Shown: positions 30,100 to 39,493 of the stretch, one piece after another
How the letters are laid out: each line of letters starts with the position of its first letter
Numbering within the stretch: position 1 is the stretch's first letter
Source: Gallionellaceae bacterium
GTDB taxonomy: Bacteria; Pseudomonadota; Gammaproteobacteria; Burkholderiales; Gallionellaceae
NCBI GenBank assembly: GCA_032654645.1
Contig: JAULAW010000005.1
Coordinates: forward strand, 741,541-805,540
Length of the DNA: 64,000 nucleotides
Direction: 5' to 3'
Position numbers and translations under genes: made by a program
The notes under the pieces: model-generated
What the model saw: the letters and a program-made list of their open reading frames with translations, nothing else
The model's database searches: none
Told to the model about the DNA's origin: nothing

Positions 30100-31680
30100 T
30101 CATGATGCCCGATGGCTGGAAAATAATTTGGAATAAAACTGGAAATTGTTGCGTCCCATTTCTTTAGCATGATACATGGCAGCATCGGCATTTATTAACA
30201 GCTCCTCGAAATCTGCCCCATCTTTTGGGAATATTGAAATGCCAATACTGCCACCCAAGTGAATATTCTTTCCCTCCACGGGTGACAGCCCGGAAATGGC
30301 ATCTATGATTTTTTGTGCAACTGCAGAGGCTTCTTCTGCTTTGGTTATATTCAGCAGGAGAATGACAAACTCGTCTCCACTCAAGCGCGAAAGGGTATCG
30401 CCTTCCCGCAAACAAGATGAGCTACAGGCTGCCACAGCCTTGAGCACTTTATCTCCCATATCGTGCCCCAGGCTGTCATTTATGGGCTTGAAATTATCAA
30501 GATCGAGGAACAGCAACGCGATTCCCGTTCCATGCCGTTGCGCATTGGCAAGCGCTTGCTGGAACCGGTCCTGAAGCAACATGCGGTTTGGCAAGCCGGT
30601 CAAATGGTCATGATAAGCGTGCTGGTGGATTAGCTGTCTCTGGCAGTTGCGCACGAAAGTGAAGAAGCTTGCGCTTATGCTCAACAGGCCGCCGACAAGC
30701 AGGATGAGCATCGGCATGTTATCGGGATGCTCGATTACGCCACCGGGCCTGCTTGCCGAATATAACAGCCAGACGGACCCATCCACCGCAACTTTTTCCG
30801 TAACATGGTGGCGCGGATTAAAGGGCGTGTCCGGAATATCATTTGGGTCGGTATCGTAAATCAAATGCGCCATATCCAGCCCCGATGTTTCGTGACCCTG
30901 AAAACCGGCATCATATGCCTTGAAATGAACTTCCCTGATAACGCTGGAATCGATCGCTTCATGGAACAGTTTATCCGTGTTTACCCTGGCATAGATATAA
31001 CCCCAGATCGCTTCTCGCCGCTCATCAAGCGTAGCGGTGGGTAGCCCGCTACGGTAAATCGGATACATGAAAAGAATGGGGGATTTGCGGTCGCTGCCTT
31101 TGGCATACGGCAGTTCTTTGGTGATAGTCACTGCACCAGAATCCCGCGCCATTTCCAGCGCTTTGAGCCCGGACGGGTAGGCGCCGTGATCCAGGCCCAG
31201 CAGGTCAATATGATCCAGCGGCGGCCAAAAATACTCCACCGGATAATAGGTTTCGCGCATGCCGGATGGGCGGATGGTGTAAACGGCATTGCCGGTTGAA
31301 CCCCGGTTATTTTCATACCTGACGGCATCCTCAAAATTTCTTTTCTGGCCGTGCGTAATGCGGCGTATCACTCCCATCCCCTCGATACCGGGGTAATATT
31401 CCTTGGGCTTGAGGAAGCTGACATATCGCTCCCATTCGGCGCGGGTAACCGAGTCGGAACTGGCAAAAAAACTTCCGGCGCTGCGCAGCACCCCAAAATA
31501 AACCTCGATGTGTTTCTGCACATCATGCGAAGCGCTCTGCGCGTGGAGATTAAACTCGGCCAGGGATTTTTTATTATCCGCTATAGAGGAGTAGAGCCAG
31601 GCGGCGCCCGTCAGGGTCAAACCCAGCAATAAAATTACCAGAGGCCATAAGAACAGGCTTGTGTTCTTGAAATTTGACAT
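30100..31680 (-). CDS. CHASE-domain sensor diguanylate cyclase (GGDEF variant SGDEF, I-site RxxD present)
   Basis: N-terminal TM, periplasmic CHASE-like region, second TM, then ...REGDTLSRLSGDEFVILL... GGSIGISIFP. Confidence 0.8.
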   Translation of the reverse strand: MSNFKNTSLFLWPLVILLLGLTLTGAAWLYSSIADNKKSLAEFNLHAQSASHDVQKHIEVYFGVLRSAGSFFASSDSVTRAEWERYVSFLKPKEYYPGIEGMGVIRRITHGQKRNFEDAVRYENNRGSTGNAVYTIRPSGMRETYYPVEYFWPPLDHIDLLGLDHGAYPSGLKALEMARDSGAVTITKELPYAKGSDRKSPILFMYPIYRSGLPTATLDERREAIWGYIYARVNTDKLFHEAIDSSVIREVHFKAYDAGFQGHETSGLDMAHLIYDTDPNDIPDTPFNPRHHVTEKVAVDGSVWLLYSASRPGGVIEHPDNMPMLILLVGGLLSISASFFTFVRNCQRQLIHQHAYHDHLTGLPNRMLLQDRFQQALANAQRHGTGIALLFLDLDNFKPINDSLGHDMGDKVLKAVAACSSSCLREGDTLSRLSGDEFVILLLNITKAEEASAVAQKIIDAISGLSPVEGKNIHLGGSIGISIFPKDGADFEELLINADAAMYHAKEMGRNNFQFYSKLFSSHRAS

Positions 31681-31850
31681 TCAGTCCTCCCTTTCAGGCA
31701 ACAGGAGTTACTTAAACACATGGTGCCTGCAATGTAGCAGCTAAATTCATTTTTCACCATACGTAAAAATGCGAAGAAATAAACAGGCCAAACACACATG
31801 GACAATGAATAGCGCTATCATGGAAAAATTCCTTGGCAGGAGAATAAGCC

Positions 31851-32474
31851 ATGATATTCCATAACCGTGATGATGCCGCGCATAAGCTCGCGGAAAAACT
31901 TGAACCCTATCGCGGTCAGCGCCCATTGGTGCTGGCGATTCCGCGCGGTGCGGTGCCGATGGCCAGGGTTATCGCCGACGCGCTCGGCGGCGAGGTGGAC
32001 GTAGTGCTGGTGCGCAAGCTGCGCGCCCCGGGCAATCCGGAGTTAGCCATCGGTGCGGTGGACGAGACGGGGTGGACCTATCTTGCCGAGTATGCCGCGC
32101 AAATGGCGGGCGATGGCTACATCGAAGCAGAAAAAAAAGCGCAACTCGAAGTGATGCGCGAGCGGCGCGCCAGCTATACCCCGATACGCCCGCCGCACGA
32201 CCCGGCAGGGCGCATCGTCATTGTGGTGGACGACGGCCTCGCCACCGGCTCCACAATGATCGCCGCATTGCATGCGCTGCGCGCCAGGAATCCGAAAAAA
32301 CTGATCTGCGCCGTGCCGGTAGCGCCGCCCGATACCCTGGATAAAGTTGCGCCTTACGCCGACGAAGTGGTGTGCCTGAGCGCGCCGGAAATGTTTTATG
32401 CGGTGGGACAGTTCTATGCGTCTTTCCCTCAGGTGAGCGACGAGGAAGTGGTTGCGCTGTTGAAGGCGGTCTGA
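31851..32474 (+). CDS. phosphoribosyltransferase family protein
   Basis: PRPP-binding loop IVIVVDDGLATGSTM. Confidence 0.8.
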   Translation: MIFHNRDDAAHKLAEKLEPYRGQRPLVLAIPRGAVPMARVIADALGGEVDVVLVRKLRAPGNPELAIGAVDETGWTYLAEYAAQMAGDGYIEAEKKAQLEVMRERRASYTPIRPPHDPAGRIVIVVDDGLATGSTMIAALHALRARNPKKLICAVPVAPPDTLDKVAPYADEVVCLSAPEMFYAVGQFYASFPQVSDEEVVALLKAV

Positions 32475-32582
32475 GTGAAGTTTTAGCATTTGTCCCTCAT
32501 GGTTAATGACGGCTAAGTGCCAAGCAGTCATTCATGTCTAGGGCCACAGATTCACTGTAAATTTCTTTTTTAGAGGGGCTTT

Positions 32583-33284
32583 ATGAAACCACTACCCATC
32601 GAATTCGAACCGAATGCATCGTTCTGCTACAAGTTCGCTCGTTATCACCTGCTGCTGGAACTAGCCCAAGAGCCTGAAGCACTGTCGGGTGAGCCTTTCA
32701 AACTGAACCCTGTTATCAACAGAGTTCTGAGCCGATATTTGACCGAAGTTCAGATGGGCCTGAGTTACCCGGCACGGGACACAGAAGGGAAAATGCATCA
32801 AGTCGGCGCAGCCATTCGGTTTTTCACATCTCTTCGAGCAAAGCGAGGCCCGGAGTCACCTTTTGTGTGGCTGGGTCAGTCCGGAATGTATCGTCTTAAG
32901 TCAGACACAGAGCTGACGCTAGAAGCTGCCGAGGACGAAGATGAAGCCATTGAGGATCAGGCCGATGTGGAATTTAACGGCTGTATATATGCTTTCACCT
33001 TCCCGGCAATCAAGAGCGCTCAGAAACCCTTCCCAATCAAGGTTGGGTTAACTACCGCCGCTGATGTAGAGACTCGCGTGTTTGGGCAATGTAAGGGGGC
33101 TGGTTTCTTTGAGAAACCTGAGATTCTTGGGCGCTGGCAGGTCAAACGTGTTGCCCAAGTTGAGGACGCCATTCATGCCGTGCTTAAAGCAAGGGGGCGC
33201 TGGAAAGAGGATGCGCCGGGTGATGAGTGGTTTATTACCACCATTGACGAAGTTCAATCCATCGTCAGCTTTATTAACTCGTAG
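32583..33284 (+). CDS. hypothetical protein with C-terminal T5orf172 / GIY-YIG-like domain
   Basis: C-terminal ~100 aa: GCIYAFTFP...PIKVGLTTAADVETRV...VEDAIHAVLKARGRW...GDEWFITTIDEV matches the T5orf172 pattern (G.(I/V)Y...(I/V)K(I/V)G.T...R...E..(I/L)H..L.....EWF). The N-terminal 130 aa are unrecognised. Confidence 0.6.
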   Translation: MKPLPIEFEPNASFCYKFARYHLLLELAQEPEALSGEPFKLNPVINRVLSRYLTEVQMGLSYPARDTEGKMHQVGAAIRFFTSLRAKRGPESPFVWLGQSGMYRLKSDTELTLEAAEDEDEAIEDQADVEFNGCIYAFTFPAIKSAQKPFPIKVGLTTAADVETRVFGQCKGAGFFEKPEILGRWQVKRVAQVEDAIHAVLKARGRWKEDAPGDEWFITTIDEVQSIVSFINS

Positions 33285-33415
33285 GGCAGAGAGGAGTTCC
33301 TTGGTCTCTCATGCAGATTTCGCGCAATGTCCGCTATTGTCGTTACCAAACGTTCATGATCAATGGGGCAGCTTCATATTTTTCATCCCCCAAGGCGCTA
33401 TAGGTGTTGCGCGAA

Positions 33416-33586
33416 CTAGTCGGCTGCGCTGTGCGCCGCCTGTTGCAGCGTACCTGCCTCTTCAAACAGGTGGGTCGCGCCGGGAATCAGGATGAGTTTC
33501 TTCTCGCAGTTCAGCAGCGCGTAAGCCTGCTGGTTCAATTCGATCACACCGTAGTCCGCACCGCCGACGATGAGCAGGGTAGGCAC
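33416..33586 (-). pseudogene. C-terminal fragment of an alpha/beta (dienelactone-type) hydrolase
   Basis: Reverse translation gives VPTLLIVGGADYGVIELNQQAYALLNCEKKLILIPGATHLFEEAGTLQQAAHSAAD*. An upstream in-frame stop means only about 57 codons remain. Confidence 0.6.
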
Positions 33587-33648
33587 TCTACATTACGCCT
33601 TGCGTGCGTTGCCGCATCCGGCTTGTCCAGCAGCCATGCAGACTCCAA

Positions 33649-33924
33649 TTATCCGGACGCCTCGTTGATCCATTTTGCCAGCCGTTGCCGTATGCGCATG
33701 AGGCTGGGGGCTTTCAGGCCGGTGTCGGGGAAATCGGCATCGGCGGGCGTGATGATTTCATCGAGTCCTTCTTCTGCCTGTTGGGTTTGCGATGAGACCA
33801 TGCAGACGAGCCAGTCGTCGAAATTGGCGGATGCCTGCCGCAACATGAGTACAGGGCGCAGCTTTGTGTCCGAAAGGTCGGTGTAGGGGAAGGAGGCCAG
33901 CACGATCTGGCCGCTCCGCTTCAT
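33649..33924 (-). CDS. PemK/MazF-like toxin (short, possibly internally deleted)
   Basis: MKRSGQIVLASFPYTDLSDTKLRPVLML... At 91 aa it appears to lack part of the usual C-terminal region. Confidence 0.55.
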   Translation of the reverse strand: MKRSGQIVLASFPYTDLSDTKLRPVLMLRQASANFDDWLVCMVSSQTQQAEEGLDEIITPADADFPDTGLKAPSLMRIRQRLAKWINEASG

Positions 33925-34154
33925 TGCCAGTGTTCTTTCAGGTCGCCCAGCGTGTAGCGGACGGGATCTTTTTCCATGCCGCACACGGCCTGCCGCATGG
34001 AAAATTCCGCAAACTCGGCCTCGGTCCATTCGTCATGGACGGAGTCCGTTGCCACGCCGCAACGCGCCGCAAGGTATGCGACGAAGTCAAATACTTCGGA
34101 CTGTTTTTCCTTGGGCAAGGATTGGACGGTTTTAAGCAGTTCTGCGTATCCCAT
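33921..34154 (-). CDS. antitoxin-like small protein upstream of the MazF-like gene
   Basis: 77 aa, MGYAELLKTVQSLPKEKQSEVFDFVAYLAAR... (DUF2281-like LP..KQ.EV.DFV.YL). ATGA overlap with the toxin start. Confidence 0.55.
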   Translation of the reverse strand: MGYAELLKTVQSLPKEKQSEVFDFVAYLAARCGVATDSVHDEWTEAEFAEFSMRQAVCGMEKDPVRYTLGDLKEHWQ

Positions 34155-34334
34155 GCTGTACTCCTGTCAGTTTATATAATTATCATAGCACCAATCAGCG
34201 CGTTGGACTGAGCCCTTCGCCAAGCTCTGTTTTGAATCAAAGGGGCCACATCAACGTTGCTCGCGACAGCGCGGGCGCAATCGTTATTGCGCCGAATGAA
34301 ACACGATTTAAAGGCCATATCAAAAGGAGCTTGT

Positions 34335-34519
34335 ATGCCCACTATCAGCATGTTTACGGAATTCTGGTTGTGATCCTGTGCGAGGACAATGATCGCCATC
34401 ATCTGCCGCACATTCATGTGCGCTATTCCGGCATGAAAGTTTCCACCGTCATCGAGGATGGGCATGCGCTGGCGGGTGTGATTCAAGCCAAGCAAAAAAT
34501 CGAAGCCCTGTTATTGTGA
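34335..34519 (+). pseudogene. DUF4160 family gene, frameshifted and 3'-truncated
   Basis: The RBS-preceded ATG 34335 gives MPTISMFTEFWL*. The next frame continues YGILVVILCEDNDRHHLPHIHVRYSGMK... This implies a 1-nt loss in the T-run at about 34353. The C-terminal third is missing compared with 8714-8983. Confidence 0.7.
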
Positions 34520-34527
34520 GGTGCGGC

Positions 34528-35268
34528 ATGAACACCGATAAACCAAGTCCTGCGTTGTATTATCCTGCCCTGCTGGCCGACATCAAGCAGCGTATCCGGT
34601 AGGCGCAAACACGGGCTATCCTGGCCGTCAATCATGAGTTGTTGGCCTTGTATTGGGATATTGGCTGCCTGATTGACGGGTGGCAAAAGCAGGAAGGCTG
34701 GGGGGCGAGAGTAATCCCGCGACTGGCAAAATATTTGCACAACGAGCTGCCGGAGGAGAAAGGTTTTTCCGAGCGCAACATTAAGCTGATGGTGCAGTTT
34801 TTTCGCGAATATCCAACGCTCTTTGCGGCAGCAGTAATTGGGCAACCAGTGGTTGCCCAATTGCCAAACAGTGAGCCATCTGCCGAAATAGGGCAACCGG
34901 CGGTTGCCCAAATTCCATGGGCGCACAATGTGCTGCTCATGCGGCGGGTGAAAGACCATGCAACCCGAATCTGGTATGCCGAAGCGACACTGGCAAACGG
35001 CTGGAGCCGCAACATTTTGGAGATGCAGATCGAAACTGCCGCTCACCTGCGCCAGGGTAAAGCCACCAGCAACTTCGCCTCGCGCTTGCCTCCTCCGCAG
35101 TCTGATCTGGTACAACAGGCGCTGAAAGACCCATATCTTTTTGACTTCTTGACGGATGTCGTCAAGGCCGAGGTCGGCGTGGATTACGCTCTGCTCCTTG
35201 AGTTCGAGAATGGCGAAGAGAGCGTGCGTTCGGCTTGCGCCCCTATCTGGGGCGATATGAGGTCATGA
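34528..35268 (+). pseudogene. YhcG/DUF1016-like gene with in-frame TAG, lacking the PDDEXK nuclease half, fused to a DUF2442-like fragment
   Basis: MNTDKPSPALYYPALLADIKQRIR*AQTRAILAVNHELLALYWDIGCLI...GFSERNIKLM...NILEMQIE...LKDPYLFDFLT, with TAG at 34600-34602. After about 35152 the sequence switches to DVVKAEVGVDYALLLEFENGEE... Confidence 0.65.
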
Positions 35269-35368
35269 TTGAAAAAAGTTGGACGTGTCTTGGAGGCACG
35301 TTTGTTAGAATCAATATCAGTTTAAATTGGGAGGCGAGATATGTTAAACCCGGATAAACCATTAGCGC

Positions 35369-35492
35369 TGTCATTCCCGCGCAGGCGGGAATCCAGCGGA
35401 CAAACACTCCGCGAAGCGGGCAAGACCCCGGTTTTGTCCCGCTACGCGGGGATTGTTCAACCACTTGGATTCCCGCCTGCGCGGGAATGACG
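35369..35492. mobile_element. family-3 MITE-like element
   Basis: gtcattcccgcgcaggcgggaatcc ... ggattcccgcctgcgcgggaatgacg with an inner palindrome. The flanks (35341-35368 vs 35493-35530) are themselves imperfectly inverted. Confidence 0.75.
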
Positions 35493-35549
35493 CTGTTTTC
35501 GGTCTAATGGACATTCTGGGTTAAACATAGAGAATCTGCCCGCACGGAG

Positions 35550-35726
35550 ATGTTGCGCATGATGGAGGCGATTTGGGATGACTTGGCGCGTGATTCAGTA
35601 CCGCTCTCATCGCCGGAATGGCACACGCAAGCACTGAATGAAGCTGAACGAACTCATGCTGAAAATCAGTCAAATTTTGTTTCCTGGGATGTTGCCAAGA
35701 AGACACTGCGCGACACCGCCCCATGA
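35550..35726 (+). CDS. addiction-module antitoxin-like small protein (58 aa, below the track cutoff), N-terminus probably truncated
   Basis: MLRMMEAIWDDLARDSVPLSSPEWHTQALNEAERTHAENQSNFVSWDVAKKTLRD. ATGA overlap with the downstream toxin. Confidence 0.5.
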   Translation: MLRMMEAIWDDLARDSVPLSSPEWHTQALNEAERTHAENQSNFVSWDVAKKTLRDTAP

Positions 35727-36019
35727 AAATCGAGATTCTGAGTATCGCAATGAGCGATATTCAGTCAGGCCAACATTTTTATGAACAGCAGCAGGAAGGC
35801 TTGGGTGCTTACTTTCTGGATTCGCTGTTTTCCGACATTGAGGCTCTTTTGTTATTTGCCGGTATTCACCAGCAATTTTTCGGTTATTACCGTGTGCTTT
35901 CGAAACGATTCCCCTACGCAATTTACTACCGGATTAGTGAACAAACTATTCAAGTATGGCCCGTTCTTGACTGCCGGCAAAAGCCATCACGCATAGCGAG
36001 TTCGCTACGCTCGAAATGA
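35723..36019 (+). CDS. ParE/RelE-family toxin
   Basis: 98 aa, ...YRVLSKRFPYAIYYRISEQTIQVWPVLDCRQKP. Confidence 0.65.
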   Translation: MKIEILSIAMSDIQSGQHFYEQQQEGLGAYFLDSLFSDIEALLLFAGIHQQFFGYYRVLSKRFPYAIYYRISEQTIQVWPVLDCRQKPSRIASSLRSK

Positions 36020-36061
36020 CAAGAGGGGCAAAATGACAAGATAGTGCAATGGAATTGCACC

Positions 36062-37564
36062 CTACGCAACCACGCCACCGCGTCCATTCTCCGCCGCCAT
36101 TTTCGCCAATGCCAGCGTGTGCTCCGGCTTGATTTGGTTCCATGAAAACCGCCATTCCCAGTTTCCATCCGGCTGGCCGGGAAAGTTCATGCGATGTTCG
36201 CAGGATAGGCCAAGAACATCCTGCAAGGGAAAGATGACCGTATTCGCCACTGACTTGGACAGGGCGCTCATCATGACCCAATTGATCGCCTCTCCGTCGC
36301 TGCCAAGATAATGCCGGGCAAAAGCTTTTTCATGGTCGGGCAAAGCGTTCCACCACCCGATGGTAGTGTTGTTGTCGTGTGTCCCCGTATAGGCGACGGT
36401 GTTTTGCACGTAGTGGTGCGGCAAGAAGTGGTTGCTCTCCCCGTCTCCAAATGCGAACTGCAGGATACGCATGCCCGGTAGCTTGAATTTGTCGCGAAGT
36501 TCAATCACGTCGGGTGTAATCAACCCCAGATCTTCAGCGATGATAGGCAGGCTCGGAAAGGCTTTTTCAAATGCTTCAAACAATTTTTTCCCTGGGCCTT
36601 GCACCCATCTTCCATTAATTGCGTTAGTTTCATCTGCTGGCACTTCCCAGTAAGCGGCAAAGCCCCGGAAGTGATCGATCCGCACCAGGTCGGCAAGCTG
36701 AAGAGCGTGCCGCAGCCGCGCTATCCACCACGCAAATCCAGTTTCTTCATGGATGTTCCAACGGTAGAGCGGATTACCCCAGAGCTGCCCGGTTTCGCTG
36801 AAGTAATCGGGTGGCACACCTGCAACGACTGATGGGCGCCCACTTGGGTCCAATTCGAAGAGTCCCTGATGTGCCCATACGTCAGCGCTTTGATGGGCCA
36901 CAAATATCGGCACATCGCCAATAATCCGGACTCCCCGTCCGTTGGCATATTGTTTTAATCTGGTCCATTGGCGTGAAAAGCTCCATTGGCAAAATTTCCA
37001 GAAACCAATTTCTTCAGGGTAAGACATTTTTATGCTGAGAAGAGTTTGCGGGTCCCTGTGTGCCAGATTCTTCGGCCATTGATCCCAATCGCGCCAATTT
37101 TCACGCTCGGCAATCGTCATGAATAATGCGTAGTCTTCCAGCCACACGCTTTCAGCACTGCAAAACTCTTCATAAACCCAGAACACATTATCTTCACGAT
37201 TCGCAAAAAAATTCCTGGCTGCACGGCGCAGCCGCTCCATGCGAAAAGGTTTTATGAGCGCGAAATCTATGCGGTCAGCGCGAAATTCCGGATGGGGTTT
37301 CAAATCTTCGTGGCCAAGCCAGCCTTGACTGGCCAATTCAGCGAGATCAATCAGAAAGATGTTGCCAGCAAAGGCCGACCTGCTCATGTACGGAGAGTTC
37401 CCCGGGCCGATTTCACCAAGGGGGAGAACTTGCCAATAAGTTTGGCCGGCACTTACCAGCCAATCGACAAATTTGCATGCATCCGAGCCGAAGACGCCCG
37501 CACCGAACGTGCCCGGAAGCGATGTTGGGTGTAGCAATATGCCGCTGGCGCGATCCGCTATCAT
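36062..37564 (-). CDS. malQ: 4-alpha-glucanotransferase (amylomaltase)
   Basis: MIADRASGILLHPTSLPG... family start. The 33-codon upstream extension in the track reads through repeat block B. Confidence 0.9.
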   Translation of the reverse strand: MIADRASGILLHPTSLPGTFGAGVFGSDACKFVDWLVSAGQTYWQVLPLGEIGPGNSPYMSRSAFAGNIFLIDLAELASQGWLGHEDLKPHPEFRADRIDFALIKPFRMERLRRAARNFFANREDNVFWVYEEFCSAESVWLEDYALFMTIAERENWRDWDQWPKNLAHRDPQTLLSIKMSYPEEIGFWKFCQWSFSRQWTRLKQYANGRGVRIIGDVPIFVAHQSADVWAHQGLFELDPSGRPSVVAGVPPDYFSETGQLWGNPLYRWNIHEETGFAWWIARLRHALQLADLVRIDHFRGFAAYWEVPADETNAINGRWVQGPGKKLFEAFEKAFPSLPIIAEDLGLITPDVIELRDKFKLPGMRILQFAFGDGESNHFLPHHYVQNTVAYTGTHDNNTTIGWWNALPDHEKAFARHYLGSDGEAINWVMMSALSKSVANTVIFPLQDVLGLSCEHRMNFPGQPDGNWEWRFSWNQIKPEHTLALAKMAAENGRGGVVA

Positions 37565-37573
37565 GCCATGGCC

Positions 37574-37726
37574 ATCATAACCAGCGACTCGGCTATCGCC
37601 TTTCGGGTGCCCGGCCAAAAACTCTTCGGCTGATAGCCTAGTCGAATGGCTATAACCAGCCACTTAGCAATCGGTTTTAGATTGCTTAGTGGAATGGCTA
37701 GTGGTTTCACCAGTAGTTTCATCAGG
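37574..37726 (-). repeat. structured repeat block B (about 2.5 tandem units), family 4
   Basis: Units are bounded by AGCCATTC(C/G)AC and G(T)(G/C)GCTGGTTAT on the minus strand. Perfect 13-bp hairpin 37660-37672/37680-37692. Second hairpin 37585-37597/37632-37644 encloses inner hairpin 37600-37621. Related to 47103-47240. Confidence 0.7.
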
Positions 37727-39437
37727 AACCACGGCGCATCGAACCGCCCGCTTCCGGCGTGCCACCGCCATGACTGATCGGATTATTCAAATTGGCCGGA
37801 ACGGGAAGCTTCAACAAATGATAAAGCTGTATCAAGCTGTGCCTGTACAAACGATCGAAGCTCTCCACCGCATGTGAAGGATTGTAGTCACCGAACCACC
37901 AGAACCAGTCGGAGCTTTCGCATGAAGCCAGTTGTTTTTCGGCGGCTTTTAGCTCCGCCACGTTCAGGCGGCCCCCCGCAGTTACCATGTCATAGTTTTG
38001 CTTCGCCACGCACAATAAATCCCAAGCGCGGTTTTTGTCCGGTGAGCCTATCCAGGTGGAGAAGGTGCCATATACCCAACTACCTGCAACCAGGCTCGGC
38101 AATACCCCATCCTTGGCAAACCCAAGCCCGTTTTTTGCTTCGCGCCGATCCAGATAATCGCAATATGTCGTAGTGCAAATTTCCGGATGTGCCTGCAATA
38201 CGGAATACATATCCTGCAAAAAATGATAGCCGTTATATGGGTAAGACTCCCAGGCATTTTCGCCATCAAGGATGACGCTAACCAGCGGCGTTTCACCCTC
38301 TGGCGCTTGTTGGGCAATCGTTTCAAGCTGGGCGACAAAGTGCAGTGCAGCATCCTTGCCAAACCATCTGGAATACTCAAAACCGATCAAGTCGGACAGA
38401 TGGTCATCGCGGAAAAAACAGTACACACCGCCTGCAGCACCTTGCAACTGATAGGGGCGATAGAGGTATTGTGCACGCTCAGGTATGGATGGATTTACGG
38501 CACGCAGGCTGTTGACCAGCACACTTTGCCCACTTGCTGCCCAGCGGCATTTTTGCTCCGCCAGCACTTCCATCAGCGCAGTTGAAACCGCTCCTTCCGC
38601 TGGCCAGATACCTTGCGGAGTGATACCAAAACGGGTGTGGTGGCTTTCCTTGGCGGAAGCCAGATGCGCCTGCACACGGCTCCTCCCGCCGGGATAACGA
38701 TGCGATTGCGGCAGGCTGCTTTCGGGCGCGCTTTCCCGTGCGCTGTTGATATCCAGCAGCAACGGCGCAAGCGGATGGTAATGCGGCGTGGTTGAAATCT
38801 CGATTTGCCCGCTTTCAGCCAGTTTGCGGTAACGCGGAATAATGCCGGCAACAAGCTGGCCGATCAGGTCGAATAGCTGCTTGCGGTCGGAATAGTCAAA
38901 ACCTTCGTCCTTGCTCATCAGGCGGATAATCAGGTCATGTTCGCGGCGCACGCTTTCACCGCACCATACCAGGTGATACCAGACAATCAAGTCAACAATG
39001 TATTGGCCGGACAAATACGTAAGCCCCGTGCTGCCGGATGACTCAAGCATTTTGAATAATTCGAACAGGCGATTGTAGGTCGGATAAGGTTCGATCATCT
39101 TGTGATGATTGCTGCGAAAGCAGCTGTTCAGCACAAGATCGCGCTCGGCTTCGCTCAGATCATTGAGGTTTTCGCGCACCAACAACCGCAGCAAGGGATC
39201 GCGCATCTGCCCGGTGGAAAATTGTTGTTCATAATCTTCCATCTGATCCAGCAGCACCGGCACAAAATTCACCACCGCCTTCACCTGTGGGTATTGTTCC
39301 AGGTGAAAGGCCATGTCGGTATAGTCCTTGATGGCGTGCAGGTAAACCCACGGCAACATGAAATCACCGGTGGAATAATCACGGTAGTCTGGCTGATGCA
39401 TGTGCCAGAGAAAAACCAGATCGAGGGGTTTAGTCAT
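37722..39437 (-). CDS. glycoside hydrolase family 57 protein
   Basis: MTKPLDLVFLWHMHQPDYRD... N-terminus typical of GH57. Sits in a glycogen gene context. Confidence 0.75.
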   Translation of the reverse strand: MTKPLDLVFLWHMHQPDYRDYSTGDFMLPWVYLHAIKDYTDMAFHLEQYPQVKAVVNFVPVLLDQMEDYEQQFSTGQMRDPLLRLLVRENLNDLSEAERDLVLNSCFRSNHHKMIEPYPTYNRLFELFKMLESSGSTGLTYLSGQYIVDLIVWYHLVWCGESVRREHDLIIRLMSKDEGFDYSDRKQLFDLIGQLVAGIIPRYRKLAESGQIEISTTPHYHPLAPLLLDINSARESAPESSLPQSHRYPGGRSRVQAHLASAKESHHTRFGITPQGIWPAEGAVSTALMEVLAEQKCRWAASGQSVLVNSLRAVNPSIPERAQYLYRPYQLQGAAGGVYCFFRDDHLSDLIGFEYSRWFGKDAALHFVAQLETIAQQAPEGETPLVSVILDGENAWESYPYNGYHFLQDMYSVLQAHPEICTTTYCDYLDRREAKNGLGFAKDGVLPSLVAGSWVYGTFSTWIGSPDKNRAWDLLCVAKQNYDMVTAGGRLNVAELKAAEKQLASCESSDWFWWFGDYNPSHAVESFDRLYRHSLIQLYHLLKLPVPANLNNPISHGGGTPEAGGSMRRGS

Positions 39438-39493
39438 GAAAAGCCTGCTTGAATCGGCAAATATATCTTACGGCTGTGTGCACGCGGCCATGT

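Noticed and set aside
37565-37663. 33-codon N-terminal extension of malQ (track ORF start 37663)
   Set aside because: The extension is repeat block B read in frame. The family-typical start MIADRASGILLHPTSLPG is at 37564.
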